Source of the DNA: Anaerolineae bacterium
Lineage (GTDB): Bacteria; Chloroflexota; Anaerolineae; Epilineales; JAHCIE01
Direction of reading: 5' to 3'
DNA: 64,000 nucleotides
Assembly (NCBI GenBank): GCA_039810085.1
Contig: JBDHWG010000006.1
Coordinates: forward strand, 85,265-149,264
Below, one piece after another: positions 41,068 to 50,738 of this stretch (position 1 is the first letter of the stretch; the number at the start of each line of letters is the position of its first letter). The notes under the pieces are model-generated. The model searched no databases. It saw only the letters and a list, made by a program, of their open reading frames with translations, and was not told the DNA's origin. The translations under genes and the position numbers were made by a program.

Positions 41068-42789
41068 TTAACTCTGGCCTGGCTGGGCCAGTTTGGCGCG
41101 TTCCTCGTCCACCAGCACACGGCGCAGCACCTTGCCAACCTGGGTCTTGGGAAGCTCGGCGCGGAATTCGATGGTGGAAGGAACCTTGTAGGGCGCGAGA
41201 TTTTCCTTGCAGAAATCGCGGATCTCATCCTCGGTGGCGACGGCGCTCGGCTTGAGCACAACGTACGCCTTCACCGTCTCGCCTCGGTAGGGGTGGGGGA
41301 TACCGGCCACGACCGCCTCGGCCACCTTCGGATGGCGGAAGAGCACCTCCTCGACGTCGCGCGGGTAGATGTTGTAGCCGGAGGCGATAATCATGTCCTT
41401 CTTGCGGTCCACAATCGAGAAGTAGCCCTCGTCGTCCATGACGGCGATGTCGCCGGTCATCAGCCAGCCTTCCTCGGTGACGGTCTTGGCCGTCTCCTCC
41501 GGCTTGTTCCAGTAGCCCACCATCACCTGCGGCCCGCGCACCCACAGCTCGCCGGGCTGGCCGACCGGCGCGTCGGCCCGCGTGTCCAGGTCGACAATCT
41601 TGGCCTCAACGTCCGGGAAGGGGATGCCGATGCTGCCCGACTTGCGCTTGCCGTAGACAGGGTTGCAGTGCGTGACCGGCGCGGCTTCGGTCAGGCCGTA
41701 GCCCTCGACCAACCGCCCGCCCGTCACCTCGCCGAACTTCTCCTGCACCTCCATCGGTAGCGGGGCCGAGCCGGAGATGCACGCCTTCACGGTGCGCAGG
41801 TCGTACTTGTCGCGGTCCTTGTGGTTGAGAATGCCGATGTACATCGCCGGCACGCCGGGGAAGAGCGTTACGCCTTCCTTCTCGATAATCTGAAGCAGGA
41901 AGTCGAGGCGGCGCGGGTCGGGGACGACCAGGATCGTCGCGCCGATGTAGATGCCGTAGAGCATCGCAATCGTCATCCCGTACACGTGGAAGAACGGGAT
42001 CGCGCCGAGCATGACTTCGCCGCCCGCAACCGACTTGGGCAGCCAGGCGTTGGTCTGCACAACGTTGGAGACGATGTTGCGGTGGCTCAGCATGGCCGCC
42101 TTCGGAACGCCAGTCGTGCCGCCCGTGTACTGGAACAACGCGACGTCGTCGGGCGCAATCTCCACTTCGGGCGCGCGCTTGCCGTCCTCGATGAGCTTCT
42201 TCATCGAGTAGACGCCTGGCCCAGTTGTAGGCTCCTGCCAGCCGCGCTCCTTCTTCTGGGTGCGCTTGACCAGGATGTGGTAGGGGAAGTCAGCGCCCTC
42301 GTGAATGTAGGTCACGATGGCGCGCTTGGTGGGCGTCTCGCTCTGGATGGCTTTGAAACGCTCGTAGATCATGTTGTAGAGCACGAGCGTCTCGGCGCCG
42401 GAGTCGTTGAGCTGGTGCTTCAGCTCCGGTGACGTGTATGTGGGGTTGACGTTGACGACAATCGCCCCGATTTTCATTGCACCCAGGAAGGCGATGATGA
42501 ATTGGGGCGAGTTGGGCAGCATGACGGCAACGCGGTCGCCCTTCCGAACCCCCAGCTCGTATAGCCCACCGGCGAACGCATCCACGGCTTCCTGCAACTC
42601 GCGGTAGCTCATCTTGCCACCGATGGTCAGCCGGTTGCCCGCCGCATAGCGCAGCAAGAACTTTACCGCCGTCTTGTCGCTATACTTGCGCGCGCTCTCG
42701 CGGAACATCGCGTACAGCGACTCGGAGGGATAGGTCAATGTCGCGGGCACACCAGGCTCGTAACTCTTGATCCACGGTTTATCCATCAT
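41068..42789 (-). CDS. fadD: Long-chain-fatty-acid--CoA ligase (AMP-binding)
   Basis: AMP-binding box (…TGGTTGVPKAAMLSHRN…), motif YGLTE and the C-terminal AMP-binding domain. Confidence 0.9.
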   Translation of the reverse strand: MMDKPWIKSYEPGVPATLTYPSESLYAMFRESARKYSDKTAVKFLLRYAAGNRLTIGGKMSYRELQEAVDAFAGGLYELGVRKGDRVAVMLPNSPQFIIAFLGAMKIGAIVVNVNPTYTSPELKHQLNDSGAETLVLYNMIYERFKAIQSETPTKRAIVTYIHEGADFPYHILVKRTQKKERGWQEPTTGPGVYSMKKLIEDGKRAPEVEIAPDDVALFQYTGGTTGVPKAAMLSHRNIVSNVVQTNAWLPKSVAGGEVMLGAIPFFHVYGMTIAMLYGIYIGATILVVPDPRRLDFLLQIIEKEGVTLFPGVPAMYIGILNHKDRDKYDLRTVKACISGSAPLPMEVQEKFGEVTGGRLVEGYGLTEAAPVTHCNPVYGKRKSGSIGIPFPDVEAKIVDLDTRADAPVGQPGELWVRGPQVMVGYWNKPEETAKTVTEEGWLMTGDIAVMDDEGYFSIVDRKKDMIIASGYNIYPRDVEEVLFRHPKVAEAVVAGIPHPYRGETVKAYVVLKPSAVATEDEIRDFCKENLAPYKVPSTIEFRAELPKTQVGKVLRRVLVDEERAKLAQPGQS

Positions 42790-42884
42790 CAGTCTCCTTC
42801 GACGGGCGGGCAGGCAAGGCTGCTGAATGATCAGGGTGTCTAGACCTTGTTCGCGTGGGGATACGCATAGGGTACGCTAGACTC

Positions 42885-42893
42885 ATTATAACA
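42885..42893 (-). promoter_or_regulatory. Extended -10 (TGtTATAAT) for fadD on minus strand
   Basis: Reverse complement reads TGTTATAAT. Confidence 0.4.
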
Positions 42894-42901
42894 TTAACAA
42901 C

Positions 42902-42953
42902 GCACTGCGTCAAGAGAATGAGGCCCAATTGGTAAGGAATTATGACGCAGTGC
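42902..42953. promoter_or_regulatory. Inverted repeat GCACTGCGTCA-N30-TGACGCAGTGC (candidate PhaR/regulator operator) upstream of phasin promoter
   Basis: 11-bp perfect arms. The TGACGCA core recurs in the phaR promoter at 43677-43683. Confidence 0.45.
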
Positions 42954-42974
42954 ATCAAAAAGTATAGCAAGGGC

Positions 42975-43003
42975 TTGACATTCGAGTCTTGCGGTGTTAT
43001 AAT
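42975..43003 (+). promoter_or_regulatory. Consensus promoter TTGACA-17-TATAAT for phasin gene
   Basis: Perfect consensus hexamers read directly. Confidence 0.6.
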
Positions 43004-43078
43004 GACGGTGACGCGATGCGTTATAGGACGCGCAAAGTCTAAACCAAATCGGGGCCGCAGTGGCGGCAAGGAGATACC

Positions 43079-43573
43079 ATGGAAGCGAAAGTAACGACCA
43101 AAAAAGTCAAGGCCCCCGAGGTCGAGGTGCCCGTGAAGGCTGAGGTGAAGGTGGACGCCGAGAAGGTGGCCGACGTCGCCGAGACTGTGACGGAGCAGGC
43201 CGAGGGCGTCGTGAAGACGGTGCGCCAGCGCGTGCCACAGGAGGTTCGCCGCGTCTATCTCGCCTCCATCGGCGCGCTGTCGATGGCGTGGGACGAGACA
43301 GAAGAGATGTTCAACAAGCTCGTGGACGAGGGTGAGACCGCTGAGAAGAACGGCCGCCAGTGGTTCAAGCGCGTCGCCAAGGAGAGCCGAGAGACCCAGG
43401 ACAAGGTGACTCATCCGGTCGAAGAGCGATTTGAGAAGGGTCAGGATCGCGTCGAGCAGACCGTCGAGAAGGTTCTCACCCGCCTCAACGTGCCCACCAA
43501 GGCCGACATCGATCGCCTGTCCCGCCAGATCGCTGAGCTGTCCCAGAAAGTGGAAGAGCTGAAGGCTAAGTAG
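43079..43573 (+). CDS. Phasin-family PHA granule-associated protein
   Basis: Lys/Glu/Val-rich coiled coil with C-terminal LNVPTKADIDRLSRQIAELSQKVEEL matching the PHA-granule phasin signature. AAGGAGA RBS. Confidence 0.65.
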   Translation: MEAKVTTKKVKAPEVEVPVKAEVKVDAEKVADVAETVTEQAEGVVKTVRQRVPQEVRRVYLASIGALSMAWDETEEMFNKLVDEGETAEKNGRQWFKRVAKESRETQDKVTHPVEERFEKGQDRVEQTVEKVLTRLNVPTKADIDRLSRQIAELSQKVEELKAK

Positions 43574-43675
43574 TCTTACCAGCCGACGACGGCCTCGACA
43601 AGCCAACGACCCAGGCGTGCATGGCGCAGATTGCGCCCCACGTGTGCCTGGGTCGTTTCGCTCATCCACTCCGGC

Positions 43676-43703
43676 TTGACGCAACACGTCAAGAGTCTAT
43701 AAT
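43676..43703 (+). promoter_or_regulatory. Promoter TTGACG-16-TATAAT for phaR with internal TTGACGcaacaCGTCAA inverted repeat
   Basis: Read directly. Preceded by a hairpin that terminates the phasin transcript. Confidence 0.5.
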
Positions 43704-43747
43704 CAGACGTGAGTATATCCGGATCGATCCAGTTAAGGGCGCTCGCC

Positions 43748-44362
43748 ATGCACGTTATCAAGCGTTACCCCAACCGAAAGTTGTATGACACCGAAGCGAA
43801 GGCCTACGTGACCCTGGAGGGCATTGCCGAACTGATCCGCGTCGGCGACGATGTCCAGGTCGTAGACCACGAGACGGGTGAAGACCTGACAACGGTGACC
43901 CTGTCCCAGATAATTCTGGAGCAGGAGAAGCGTCAGGTGGGCGCTTTACCGAAGGCGGTGCTGACGTCACTGATTCAGACTGGCGGCGACACGCTGGACA
44001 TGTTCAAGCGCTCGTTCTACTCGTCCCTTGGCGCTGTCCGCCTCATCGAAGAAGGCATCGAGAAGCGCATTGACACCATGGTCCGCCGCGGCCAGATGCC
44101 CGAGGCCGAGGCGCAGTCCTTGCGCGAAAAGCTCCTTCGATACACCCACGATCTTAATTCAGACGAAGACTCCAGCGGCAGCCCTATCGACGCCGCCTTC
44201 GACCGGCTGAACATTCCAACCCGCGCCGACGTCAAGCGTTTGAGTGCGCAGCTCGAGGAGTTGGCATCGAAGCTGGATGCGCTGTTGGAGGCCGAAGTCG
44301 CCAGGTCTGAGAATCACGAGACCGAGACCGAGAGTCCGTCCGACCATATGACGTCCCAGTAA
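43748..44362 (+). CDS. phaR: Polyhydroxyalkanoate synthesis repressor PhaR
   Basis: N-terminus IKRYPNRKLYDTEAKAYVTLEGIAELIRVGDDVQVVDHETGEDLT is the PhaR DNA-binding signature. C-terminus carries a second LNIPTRADVKRLSAQLEEL phasin-like motif. Confidence 0.8.
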   Translation: MHVIKRYPNRKLYDTEAKAYVTLEGIAELIRVGDDVQVVDHETGEDLTTVTLSQIILEQEKRQVGALPKAVLTSLIQTGGDTLDMFKRSFYSSLGAVRLIEEGIEKRIDTMVRRGQMPEAEAQSLREKLLRYTHDLNSDEDSSGSPIDAAFDRLNIPTRADVKRLSAQLEELASKLDALLEAEVARSENHETETESPSDHMTSQ

Positions 44363-44397
44363 CCTTCGACTAAACCAGAGGCCGACGGGAGACACAG

Positions 44398-45720
44398 GTG
44401 TCGCAGAAGTTCGCAACCTCGCGGAGAGACAAGACCGCCCTTGTACTGGCTGGTGGCGGTTTGACCGGAGCGGTGTATGAGATGGGAGCCTTGCGCGCTA
44501 TCGACGACCTACTGGTCGAGCTGGATACCACCCAGTTCGACATCTACGTCGGCACAAGCGCGGGTGCTCTCGTCTGTTCCTTCCTTGCCAACGGCGTCTC
44601 ACCGGCCGAGATGATTCGTGGCATTGAGGGTCAGCATCCGTATTTCCGTGGGCCGCGGCCGGCCGAGCTGTTCAACCTCAACCTTGGGGAGATGTGGTCG
44701 CGGGGCAGGCGGCTACCCCTTGTCGCATGGCGGGCCATGCGCTACTACTTGCAGCATGTCCGCGACACAAGTCCCATCGATGTCCTGCTCAGCATGGATG
44801 AGGTGTTGCCGTCTGGCATCTATGACAACTCCACCCTGGGGCGTTACCTGCATGACACGCTCATCGCGGCCGGTGGGACAGACAAGTTCAACGAGCTAGA
44901 GCGCGAGCTGTACATCATCGCCACGGATGTGGACACGGGCAAGCGAGTCGTTTTCAGCCGCGAGAACCCTGAAGCCAGTATCTCCACAACCGTCGCCGCC
45001 TCGAGCGCCGTGCCGATCCTCTATAAGCCGGTGCGTATCGGCAACAAAGACTACATGGATGGGGGCGTGCGCGGTACGGCAAGCCTTGATGTGGCTATCG
45101 AGAACGGCGCGACGCTTGTCGTCGTGGTTAACCCGGCGGTGCCGCTGGACAATACGCAGCGTTCGGGTATCCCGTTCTACATCTCCGACAACAATCGCAT
45201 TAGCCACAAGGGGGTGTCGGCTATCAGCGCGCAGGTTTACCGCACGCTGTTCCATGCCAGCTTGACCTATCACCTGAAGCAAGTGCAGCGGCAGCACCCG
45301 GAAGTCACGTTCATCCTCATCGAGCCGTCGCCGACGGACACAACGATGTTCTTCTTCAACGCCATGCGCTACTCTGCGCGCATGACCATCGCCCAGCACG
45401 GCTACGAGTCGGTCACAGTCAGTCTCGCCAAGGACTACCACCGCTACAAGCAAGCCCTCTCGCGCTACGGCATCACCATCTCGCCGCGCCTGGTCAATGA
45501 GGAGCTTGAGTTCATTGCGCAGGCCGGCGGCCACCCGGATGCGATTCGCTCGGTCATGGAGCGCATCGCAAGCCAGCCGCGCCCCGTGCCGGCGCTGACA
45601 CATCGGCTGCAGGAGACCTTGAACAACCTGGAGGCGGTGCTGGCCGAGCATCACGGCAATGGCAGCCGTCCTACGGTTGAGCCGACAGGCGAGGAGCTTG
45701 AGGCTCGTCAGCGCGCTTGA
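44398..45720 (+). CDS. Patatin-like phospholipase/esterase
   Basis: LVLAGGGLTGAVYEMG oxyanion motif, GTSAG nucleophile and downstream DGG(V) Asp dyad. GTG start with GGGAGA RBS. Confidence 0.8.
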   Translation: MSQKFATSRRDKTALVLAGGGLTGAVYEMGALRAIDDLLVELDTTQFDIYVGTSAGALVCSFLANGVSPAEMIRGIEGQHPYFRGPRPAELFNLNLGEMWSRGRRLPLVAWRAMRYYLQHVRDTSPIDVLLSMDEVLPSGIYDNSTLGRYLHDTLIAAGGTDKFNELERELYIIATDVDTGKRVVFSRENPEASISTTVAASSAVPILYKPVRIGNKDYMDGGVRGTASLDVAIENGATLVVVVNPAVPLDNTQRSGIPFYISDNNRISHKGVSAISAQVYRTLFHASLTYHLKQVQRQHPEVTFILIEPSPTDTTMFFFNAMRYSARMTIAQHGYESVTVSLAKDYHRYKQALSRYGITISPRLVNEELEFIAQAGGHPDAIRSVMERIASQPRPVPALTHRLQETLNNLEAVLAEHHGNGSRPTVEPTGEELEARQRA

Positions 45721-45753
45721 AGCTATCGACGCGACGCTGAAACGTGACAATGA

Positions 45754-45797
45754 CAGCGGGCGAAGGAAGCATCTCCTTCGCCCGCTGCTTCTATTCT
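45754..45797. terminator. Bidirectional terminator hairpin (GCGGGCGAAGGA / TCCTTCGCCCGC)
   Basis: Seen directly between the convergent patatin and GH1 genes, followed by a U-rich tract. Confidence 0.55.
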
Positions 45798-47149
45798 GGC
45801 TGGCCTTCGGGTAGCCCATTCGCGGCGATCACATCCCGATACCAGAACGCGCTATCCTTGGGAGTGCGCTCCAGCGTCTCATAATCCACGTAGACCAACC
45901 CGAAGCGCTGACTGTAGCCCAGGGACCACTCGAAGTTATCCAGGAACGACCACACGAAGTAGCCGCGCAACGGAACCCCTGACTCGAGCGCCCCATGCGC
46001 CGCCCGCAGGTAGGCATCCAGATAGGCGATGCGACGCCCATCGTGGACGTGCCCGTCGGTCGGCGCGTCGGCAAAGGCCGCGCCGTTTTCGGCGACGTAG
46101 AGCGCGCCCGGCGCATAGTCCTTGTGCAGCCGTTCCAGCAGCATCCGCATCCCGTCTGGAACAACGGCCCAGCCCATCGTCGTGACCTCGTAGCCACGCG
46201 CTGCCAGATCCTCCGGCGTTAAACTGCCAAGGCCAAGCTCAGCGTTGGGATCGGCGCGAACGAACGCGGGGGAGTAGGTGTTAACGCCGAGAAAGTCCGT
46301 TGGAACCGCGATGGTTTCCATGTCCCCCGTGTGGACAGTCGGGGCGCTCGACCCGAACAAGGCGAGCATGTCGGCCGGGTAGCCACGACCATACAGCGGG
46401 TCCAGGAACCAGCGGTTCATGAAGCCGTCGAAGTGCTGCGCCGCCAGCGCGTCCTCCGGCGAGTCGCTGGCCGGAATGACGACGTGCGGGTTGAGGACGA
46501 TGCCCACCTGCGCCCCCTGGCTGGCCGCGCGGATGACAGGCACGGCGCGCCCGTGGGACACCAGCACATTGTGCGCAACCGTGAGCGACAGCGCCAGGTC
46601 CTTCAGGCCGGGTGCGTGAATGCCCATCAGATTGCCCAGAAAGGCGACAACCCACGGCTCGTTGTGGGTCATCCAGTGCTTGACGCGGTCGCCGAGGCGC
46701 TTGGCGACGATGTCGGTGTAGGTGACAAACGCGTCGATGGTATCGCGGCTGCCCCAGCCGCCCCTATCCTGTAAGGCCTGGGGTAAGTCCCAATGGTAGA
46801 GCGTGACGAAGGGCGTGATGCCCTCGGCAAGCAGGCGGTCGACCAGGCGGTCGTAGAAGTCTAGGCCCGCCGGGTTGATACGGCCGACGCCGTCCGGCAG
46901 GATGCGCGGCCAGGCGACGGAGAAGCGATAGGCGCGCACACCCATCTCGCGCAGCAGCGCCACGTCACTCTCCCAGCGGTGATAGTGGTCGTCAGCCACA
47001 TCGCCCGTGTCGCCATTGAGAATCTTGCCCGGCGTGTGGCTAAACGTATCCCAGATGGACACACCGCGCCCATCGGCGTTGACCGCGCCTTCGACCTGAT
47101 ACGACGCCGTCGCCGTGCCCCACACGAAATCTTTTGGAAACGTTACGGT
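45791..47149 (-). CDS. Glycoside hydrolase family 1 beta-glucosidase
   Basis: FPKDFVWGTATASYQVEG, TLYHWDLP, catalytic acid/base NEP and nucleophile ENG. Confidence 0.9.
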   Translation of the reverse strand, partial: TVTFPKDFVWGTATASYQVEGAVNADGRGVSIWDTFSHTPGKILNGDTGDVADDHYHRWESDVALLREMGVRAYRFSVAWPRILPDGVGRINPAGLDFYDRLVDRLLAEGITPFVTLYHWDLPQALQDRGGWGSRDTIDAFVTYTDIVAKRLGDRVKHWMTHNEPWVVAFLGNLMGIHAPGLKDLALSLTVAHNVLVSHGRAVPVIRAASQGAQVGIVLNPHVVIPASDSPEDALAAQHFDGFMNRWFLDPLYGRGYPADMLALFGSSAPTVHTGDMETIAVPTDFLGVNTYSPAFVRADPNAELGLGSLTPEDLAARGYEVTTMGWAVVPDGMRMLLERLHKDYAPGALYVAENGAAFADAPTDGHVHDGRRIAYLDAYLRAAHGALESGVPLRGYFVWSFLDNFEWSLGYSQRFGLVYVDYETLERTPKDSAFWYRDVIAANGLPEGQPE

Positions 47150-47182
47150 CATTTGAGCCTCATCTATACGCACACAGTTATG

Positions 47183-48100
47183 TTAGCGGAAGTGGGGGAG
47201 CACCTTCACTGCTAGGGTCTCCAAGCCGGTCATGTCATCCAGGTCCAACCACTGCAACATCAGCCGCTGCACGCCCACATCGGCCAGGCGGCCAAGCTGT
47301 TCGACCACGGCTTCGGGCGTGCCGACGATGATGCCGCGCTCACGCAGCTCCGCCGCCGAGCGCCCTTCAAGCCGCTGCGCCACCTCCGCATCCGTTGCGC
47401 CAAAGACGCTCCCCGTCATGAGCGAGCGGCGAATCGAAGACGGGACGCGGCCCTGCGCCTCGGCCAGCTCGTCCAAGCGCTTCGTCAATTCGGCGAACTT
47501 CTCGGCGGTGATGAAGACGCCGTTCCACTCGTCGGCATACTGCGCCGCCAGCGGCAGGGTGCGCTTCGGCCCGTTGCCGCCGATGAGGAGAGACGGGCCG
47601 CCAGGCCGCTGGGGGCGTGGCAGCAGGATGGCGTCGCGCAGGTGGTAATACTCGCCATCGAAGGATACCGGCGTCTCGCTGTGCAGCAACCGGCTGATGA
47701 CCTCAACGCCCTCCTGGAAGCGGCGCATACGCTCTGGGATTTCCAGTAGGTCGAAGCCGAAGGTGTTATGCTCGCGCACCTGCCAGCCTGCCCCGACGCC
47801 TAGCGTCAGCCGCCCGCCCGACAAGTCATCCACGTCCTTGCCAATGCGCGCCGTGAACACCGGGTGGCGGAAAGACACCGGCGTGACGATAGGCCCAAAC
47901 TCGATGCGCTGCGTGTGGCTCGCCAGCCACGTCAGCGATGTCCACAGCTCCAGCGAGTCGATGTCTGGGCCACTCGCATTCGTGAAGTGGTCGGAGCGAT
48001 ACAGGCCCGCGAAGCCCAGGTCCTCCACAGCGCGGGCGATGCGCTGCCACTTCGGCCACGTCAACCCGTTCTGCCCCTCGAGCATGATTGCCAGATCCAT
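47183..48100 (-). CDS. LLM-class (luciferase-like) flavin/F420-dependent oxidoreductase
   Basis: Bacterial luciferase-like TIM-barrel motifs (…LYRSDHFT…, LTLGVGAGW). Confidence 0.8.
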   Translation of the reverse strand: MDLAIMLEGQNGLTWPKWQRIARAVEDLGFAGLYRSDHFTNASGPDIDSLELWTSLTWLASHTQRIEFGPIVTPVSFRHPVFTARIGKDVDDLSGGRLTLGVGAGWQVREHNTFGFDLLEIPERMRRFQEGVEVISRLLHSETPVSFDGEYYHLRDAILLPRPQRPGGPSLLIGGNGPKRTLPLAAQYADEWNGVFITAEKFAELTKRLDELAEAQGRVPSSIRRSLMTGSVFGATDAEVAQRLEGRSAAELRERGIIVGTPEAVVEQLGRLADVGVQRLMLQWLDLDDMTGLETLAVKVLPHFR

Positions 48101-48106
48101 CGGGGT

Positions 48107-48697
48107 TTACCAACCTTCCTTGTGAATATAGACGCTGTCGGGGGTGCGTCCCCGGCGTAGCGATGGTGACGGCTGATCCTGTGCGCCGTGGCCGATGGCG
48201 ATGACGCCGACAGGCGTGACCTGGGGTGGTATTCCCAACAACTCTCGCAGCGCCGTCAGGTCGTGGGCGCCGGCGAACGCGGCCACCAGCCCTTCGTCAA
48301 CCACGGCGAGCAACAGCACCATGACGGCGCAGCCGACATCCATGAACCAGTAGGGTACGGGCCACTCGATTTCCGATCCGTCGCCTTGCACCTTGTCGGC
48401 CTCCTGATAGCGCCGATGGTAGGCCGTCTCGCTCGTGCAAGGGATAACCAGAACGGGCGCCTCAGAGATGAACGGGTCGAAGCCCTTCTCGACGTATGAC
48501 TCTTCTCCGCATAACTTCGCAATCGCGGCGCGCGTCTCCGGCCGCGTGACAATCACAAACGACTGGCCCTGCGTGAAACCCGCGCTGGGAGCATGGCGGG
48601 CCAACTGCACCAGCCGCTCCACGACCTCGGGCGCGACCGGCTCAGATGTAAAGTGCCGCACCATCCGCCGCTTCTTCACGACGTCTTCGAACTCCAT
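48107..48697 (-). CDS. Nitroreductase-family protein
   Basis: RRMVRHFTSEPV...ARHAPSAGFTQGQSFVIV, the nitroreductase fold signature. Confidence 0.75.
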   Translation of the reverse strand: MEFEDVVKKRRMVRHFTSEPVAPEVVERLVQLARHAPSAGFTQGQSFVIVTRPETRAAIAKLCGEESYVEKGFDPFISEAPVLVIPCTSETAYHRRYQEADKVQGDGSEIEWPVPYWFMDVGCAVMVLLLAVVDEGLVAAFAGAHDLTALRELLGIPPQVTPVGVIAIGHGAQDQPSPSLRRGRTPDSVYIHKEGW

Positions 48698-48708
48698 CGT
48701 CCCTCCAA

Positions 48709-49662
48709 TTAGCCGCGAGCGATAGTCGCCACGATGTCCATGAGAGCCGCCCGCTCGCCCTGTGCATCCGACACCGGCACCACGCTCACCATCAATTCGT
48801 CGAGGCCCGCCGCCAGAAGCTCCCGCAGCCGCGCCTCGACGGCCTCGCTCGTCCCGCTCACGACCAAGGCATCGATTAGCGCCTCTGGCAGCGTCCCGTT
48901 GCCCGGCACAGGGAAGCCGGCGTCGGCGAACATGCGCATGTAGTGCGGCAGGTTGGCATAGAAGCCGAGCGTCTTCTGCGCCGCCGCCAGGACGGCGTCG
49001 CGGCGCGTGTCGAGGGCCACTGGCACGTGGGCAATCAGCGGCGGCGTCGGGCGGCCTGCCCGGTCTGCTCCTTCCCGCAGCGCGGGCAACGCCACGTCGA
49101 GCAGATAGGCGGGCGGCGTCACCCAGGAAATCGCGCCGTCGGCGACCTCCCCCGCCACCCGATACGACGGCGGACGCAGCGCAGAGATCGGCACGCGCGT
49201 CCCTGGCGGCGTGATGCCGGGCGGTAGCGCGGCGTGGACGTGGTAGAACTCGCCGTCGAAGTCCGCCTTGCCGTTATGCAACAACGAGCGCGCCACGGTT
49301 ACATACTCCTTCAAGCGCGAGAGGGGCCTGGTGGAGTCGATGCCGTAGACGCTGCCCATGACACGCTCCGCGCTGGGGCCAATTCCAAGACGGAACCGAC
49401 CGGGGGCAAAGCTCTCCAGGGCGAGGGCCTGCATCGCTAGGGCGACGGGATGACGCGGGAAAGCCTGAATGATGGCTGTCCCGACTGTGATGCGCTGGGT
49501 ACGCGCCGTCGCGACGGTGAGGACCGAGATCGGGTCATGTGTCACGCCCGCCGTAATGGTCCAGATCATCGGCACGCCGCGCGCCTCGGCGTCGGCCACC
49601 GCTTGAACAGTTGTGTCGGGCGACCCCGGGACAAGCACAAGCCCAATCTTGAAGTTAGCCAT
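48709..49662 (-). CDS. LLM-class F420-dependent oxidoreductase
   Basis: Luciferase-like barrel (MANFKIGLVL..., GRFRLGIGPS). AGGAGGG RBS before the ATG at 49662. The upstream Arg-rich extension in the ORF track is rejected. Confidence 0.8.
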   Translation of the reverse strand: MANFKIGLVLVPGSPDTTVQAVADAEARGVPMIWTITAGVTHDPISVLTVATARTQRITVGTAIIQAFPRHPVALAMQALALESFAPGRFRLGIGPSAERVMGSVYGIDSTRPLSRLKEYVTVARSLLHNGKADFDGEFYHVHAALPPGITPPGTRVPISALRPPSYRVAGEVADGAISWVTPPAYLLDVALPALREGADRAGRPTPPLIAHVPVALDTRRDAVLAAAQKTLGFYANLPHYMRMFADAGFPVPGNGTLPEALIDALVVSGTSEAVEARLRELLAAGLDELMVSVVPVSDAQGERAALMDIVATIARG

Positions 49663-50680
49663 CGTCACCCTCCTGGGTTTCTTGCGTCGATTTGAGCAAC
49701 GCCCACCACTGCTCCGCGAATGCCACCTCCTCAGCGCGTCGGTCGTACTCGGCAGACGCCGTGCCACGATACTCGTTCCGATACCAGAGCGTCGTCCGCG
49801 TCAACCAGTCGCGGAACGGTGTCGTCGTGTAGCCCAGCTCGGTCTGCGCCCGATGAATCGACGGGACGAAGTTCACCATGTGGCTGTACGGCCCGCCACT
49901 CAATCCGCGAGACGCCAACACCTTCGGCGGCGCCTCCGCCGTGACGAGCGGAGTGTTAAGCGCCTCGGCCACGACCTCTAGCATCTGGCGCAGCGTCACG
50001 ATCTCCGACTGGCAGATGTTATAGGCGTGCCCGGCCGCCTGCGGAGTATCCAACGCGAGCAGATAGGCGTGGGCCAGATCCTCCGAATAAGCCAGGCGAA
50101 ACGACGCCACACCCCCGTTCGATAGGAGCAGCGGGCCACCATCCATGAGCCGCTGAAAGTAGTAGTAGCCGCGCAAGGTCGGGTCAAACGGCCCAAGCAC
50201 AATTGGCGGACGCAGAATTGTCCACGGCGCGTCGCCCTGCATCAGTGTCCACTCGGCCGCCACTTTCCCCGCCGCGTACTGCCAGCCGCCATCCGACGGA
50301 TCATAACCAGGTGGAGTCAGTTGATGGTTCACCGTCTCCTCCAGCAGCGGCGCGCCTGGCGGCGCGTAGCGATAGACAGAGCCGGTGCTTGTCAGAATGT
50401 AGCGGCCCATCCGCCCGCGGAATGCGTCCAGGGCAACGGCCACGTCCTCGCCTGTGTAGGCAATATTGTCGATGACGGCATCGAACGTTTCCGAAGCGAA
50501 TCGGTCGCGGAAAGCCGCGTAATCCTGTCGGTCGCCCACGATGTGCTCTACACGATCCCAAAAGTCCGGCCGCTGCGCGCCACGAGTAAAGATGGTGACG
50601 TTGTGCCCCACCGCCAGCAGTTGGCGCACAACATCCGCGCCGAAGAATGTCGTACCGCCGAGAACAAGAATCCGCATCAT
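49655..50680 (-). CDS. NAD-dependent epimerase/dehydratase family (SDR, NmrA-like)
   Basis: Rossmann motif ILVLGGTTFFG, then YxxxK context. Overlaps the downstream LLM gene start by 8 nt. Confidence 0.8.
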   Translation of the reverse strand: MMRILVLGGTTFFGADVVRQLLAVGHNVTIFTRGAQRPDFWDRVEHIVGDRQDYAAFRDRFASETFDAVIDNIAYTGEDVAVALDAFRGRMGRYILTSTGSVYRYAPPGAPLLEETVNHQLTPPGYDPSDGGWQYAAGKVAAEWTLMQGDAPWTILRPPIVLGPFDPTLRGYYYFQRLMDGGPLLLSNGGVASFRLAYSEDLAHAYLLALDTPQAAGHAYNICQSEIVTLRQMLEVVAEALNTPLVTAEAPPKVLASRGLSGGPYSHMVNFVPSIHRAQTELGYTTTPFRDWLTRTTLWYRNEYRGTASAEYDRRAEEVAFAEQWWALLKSTQETQEGDDG

Positions 50681-50738
50681 GAACCTCGCCAATACTCTCT
50701 TACTGTTGCAGCTCTGTTGCCCGCAACGCCAATGCCCT

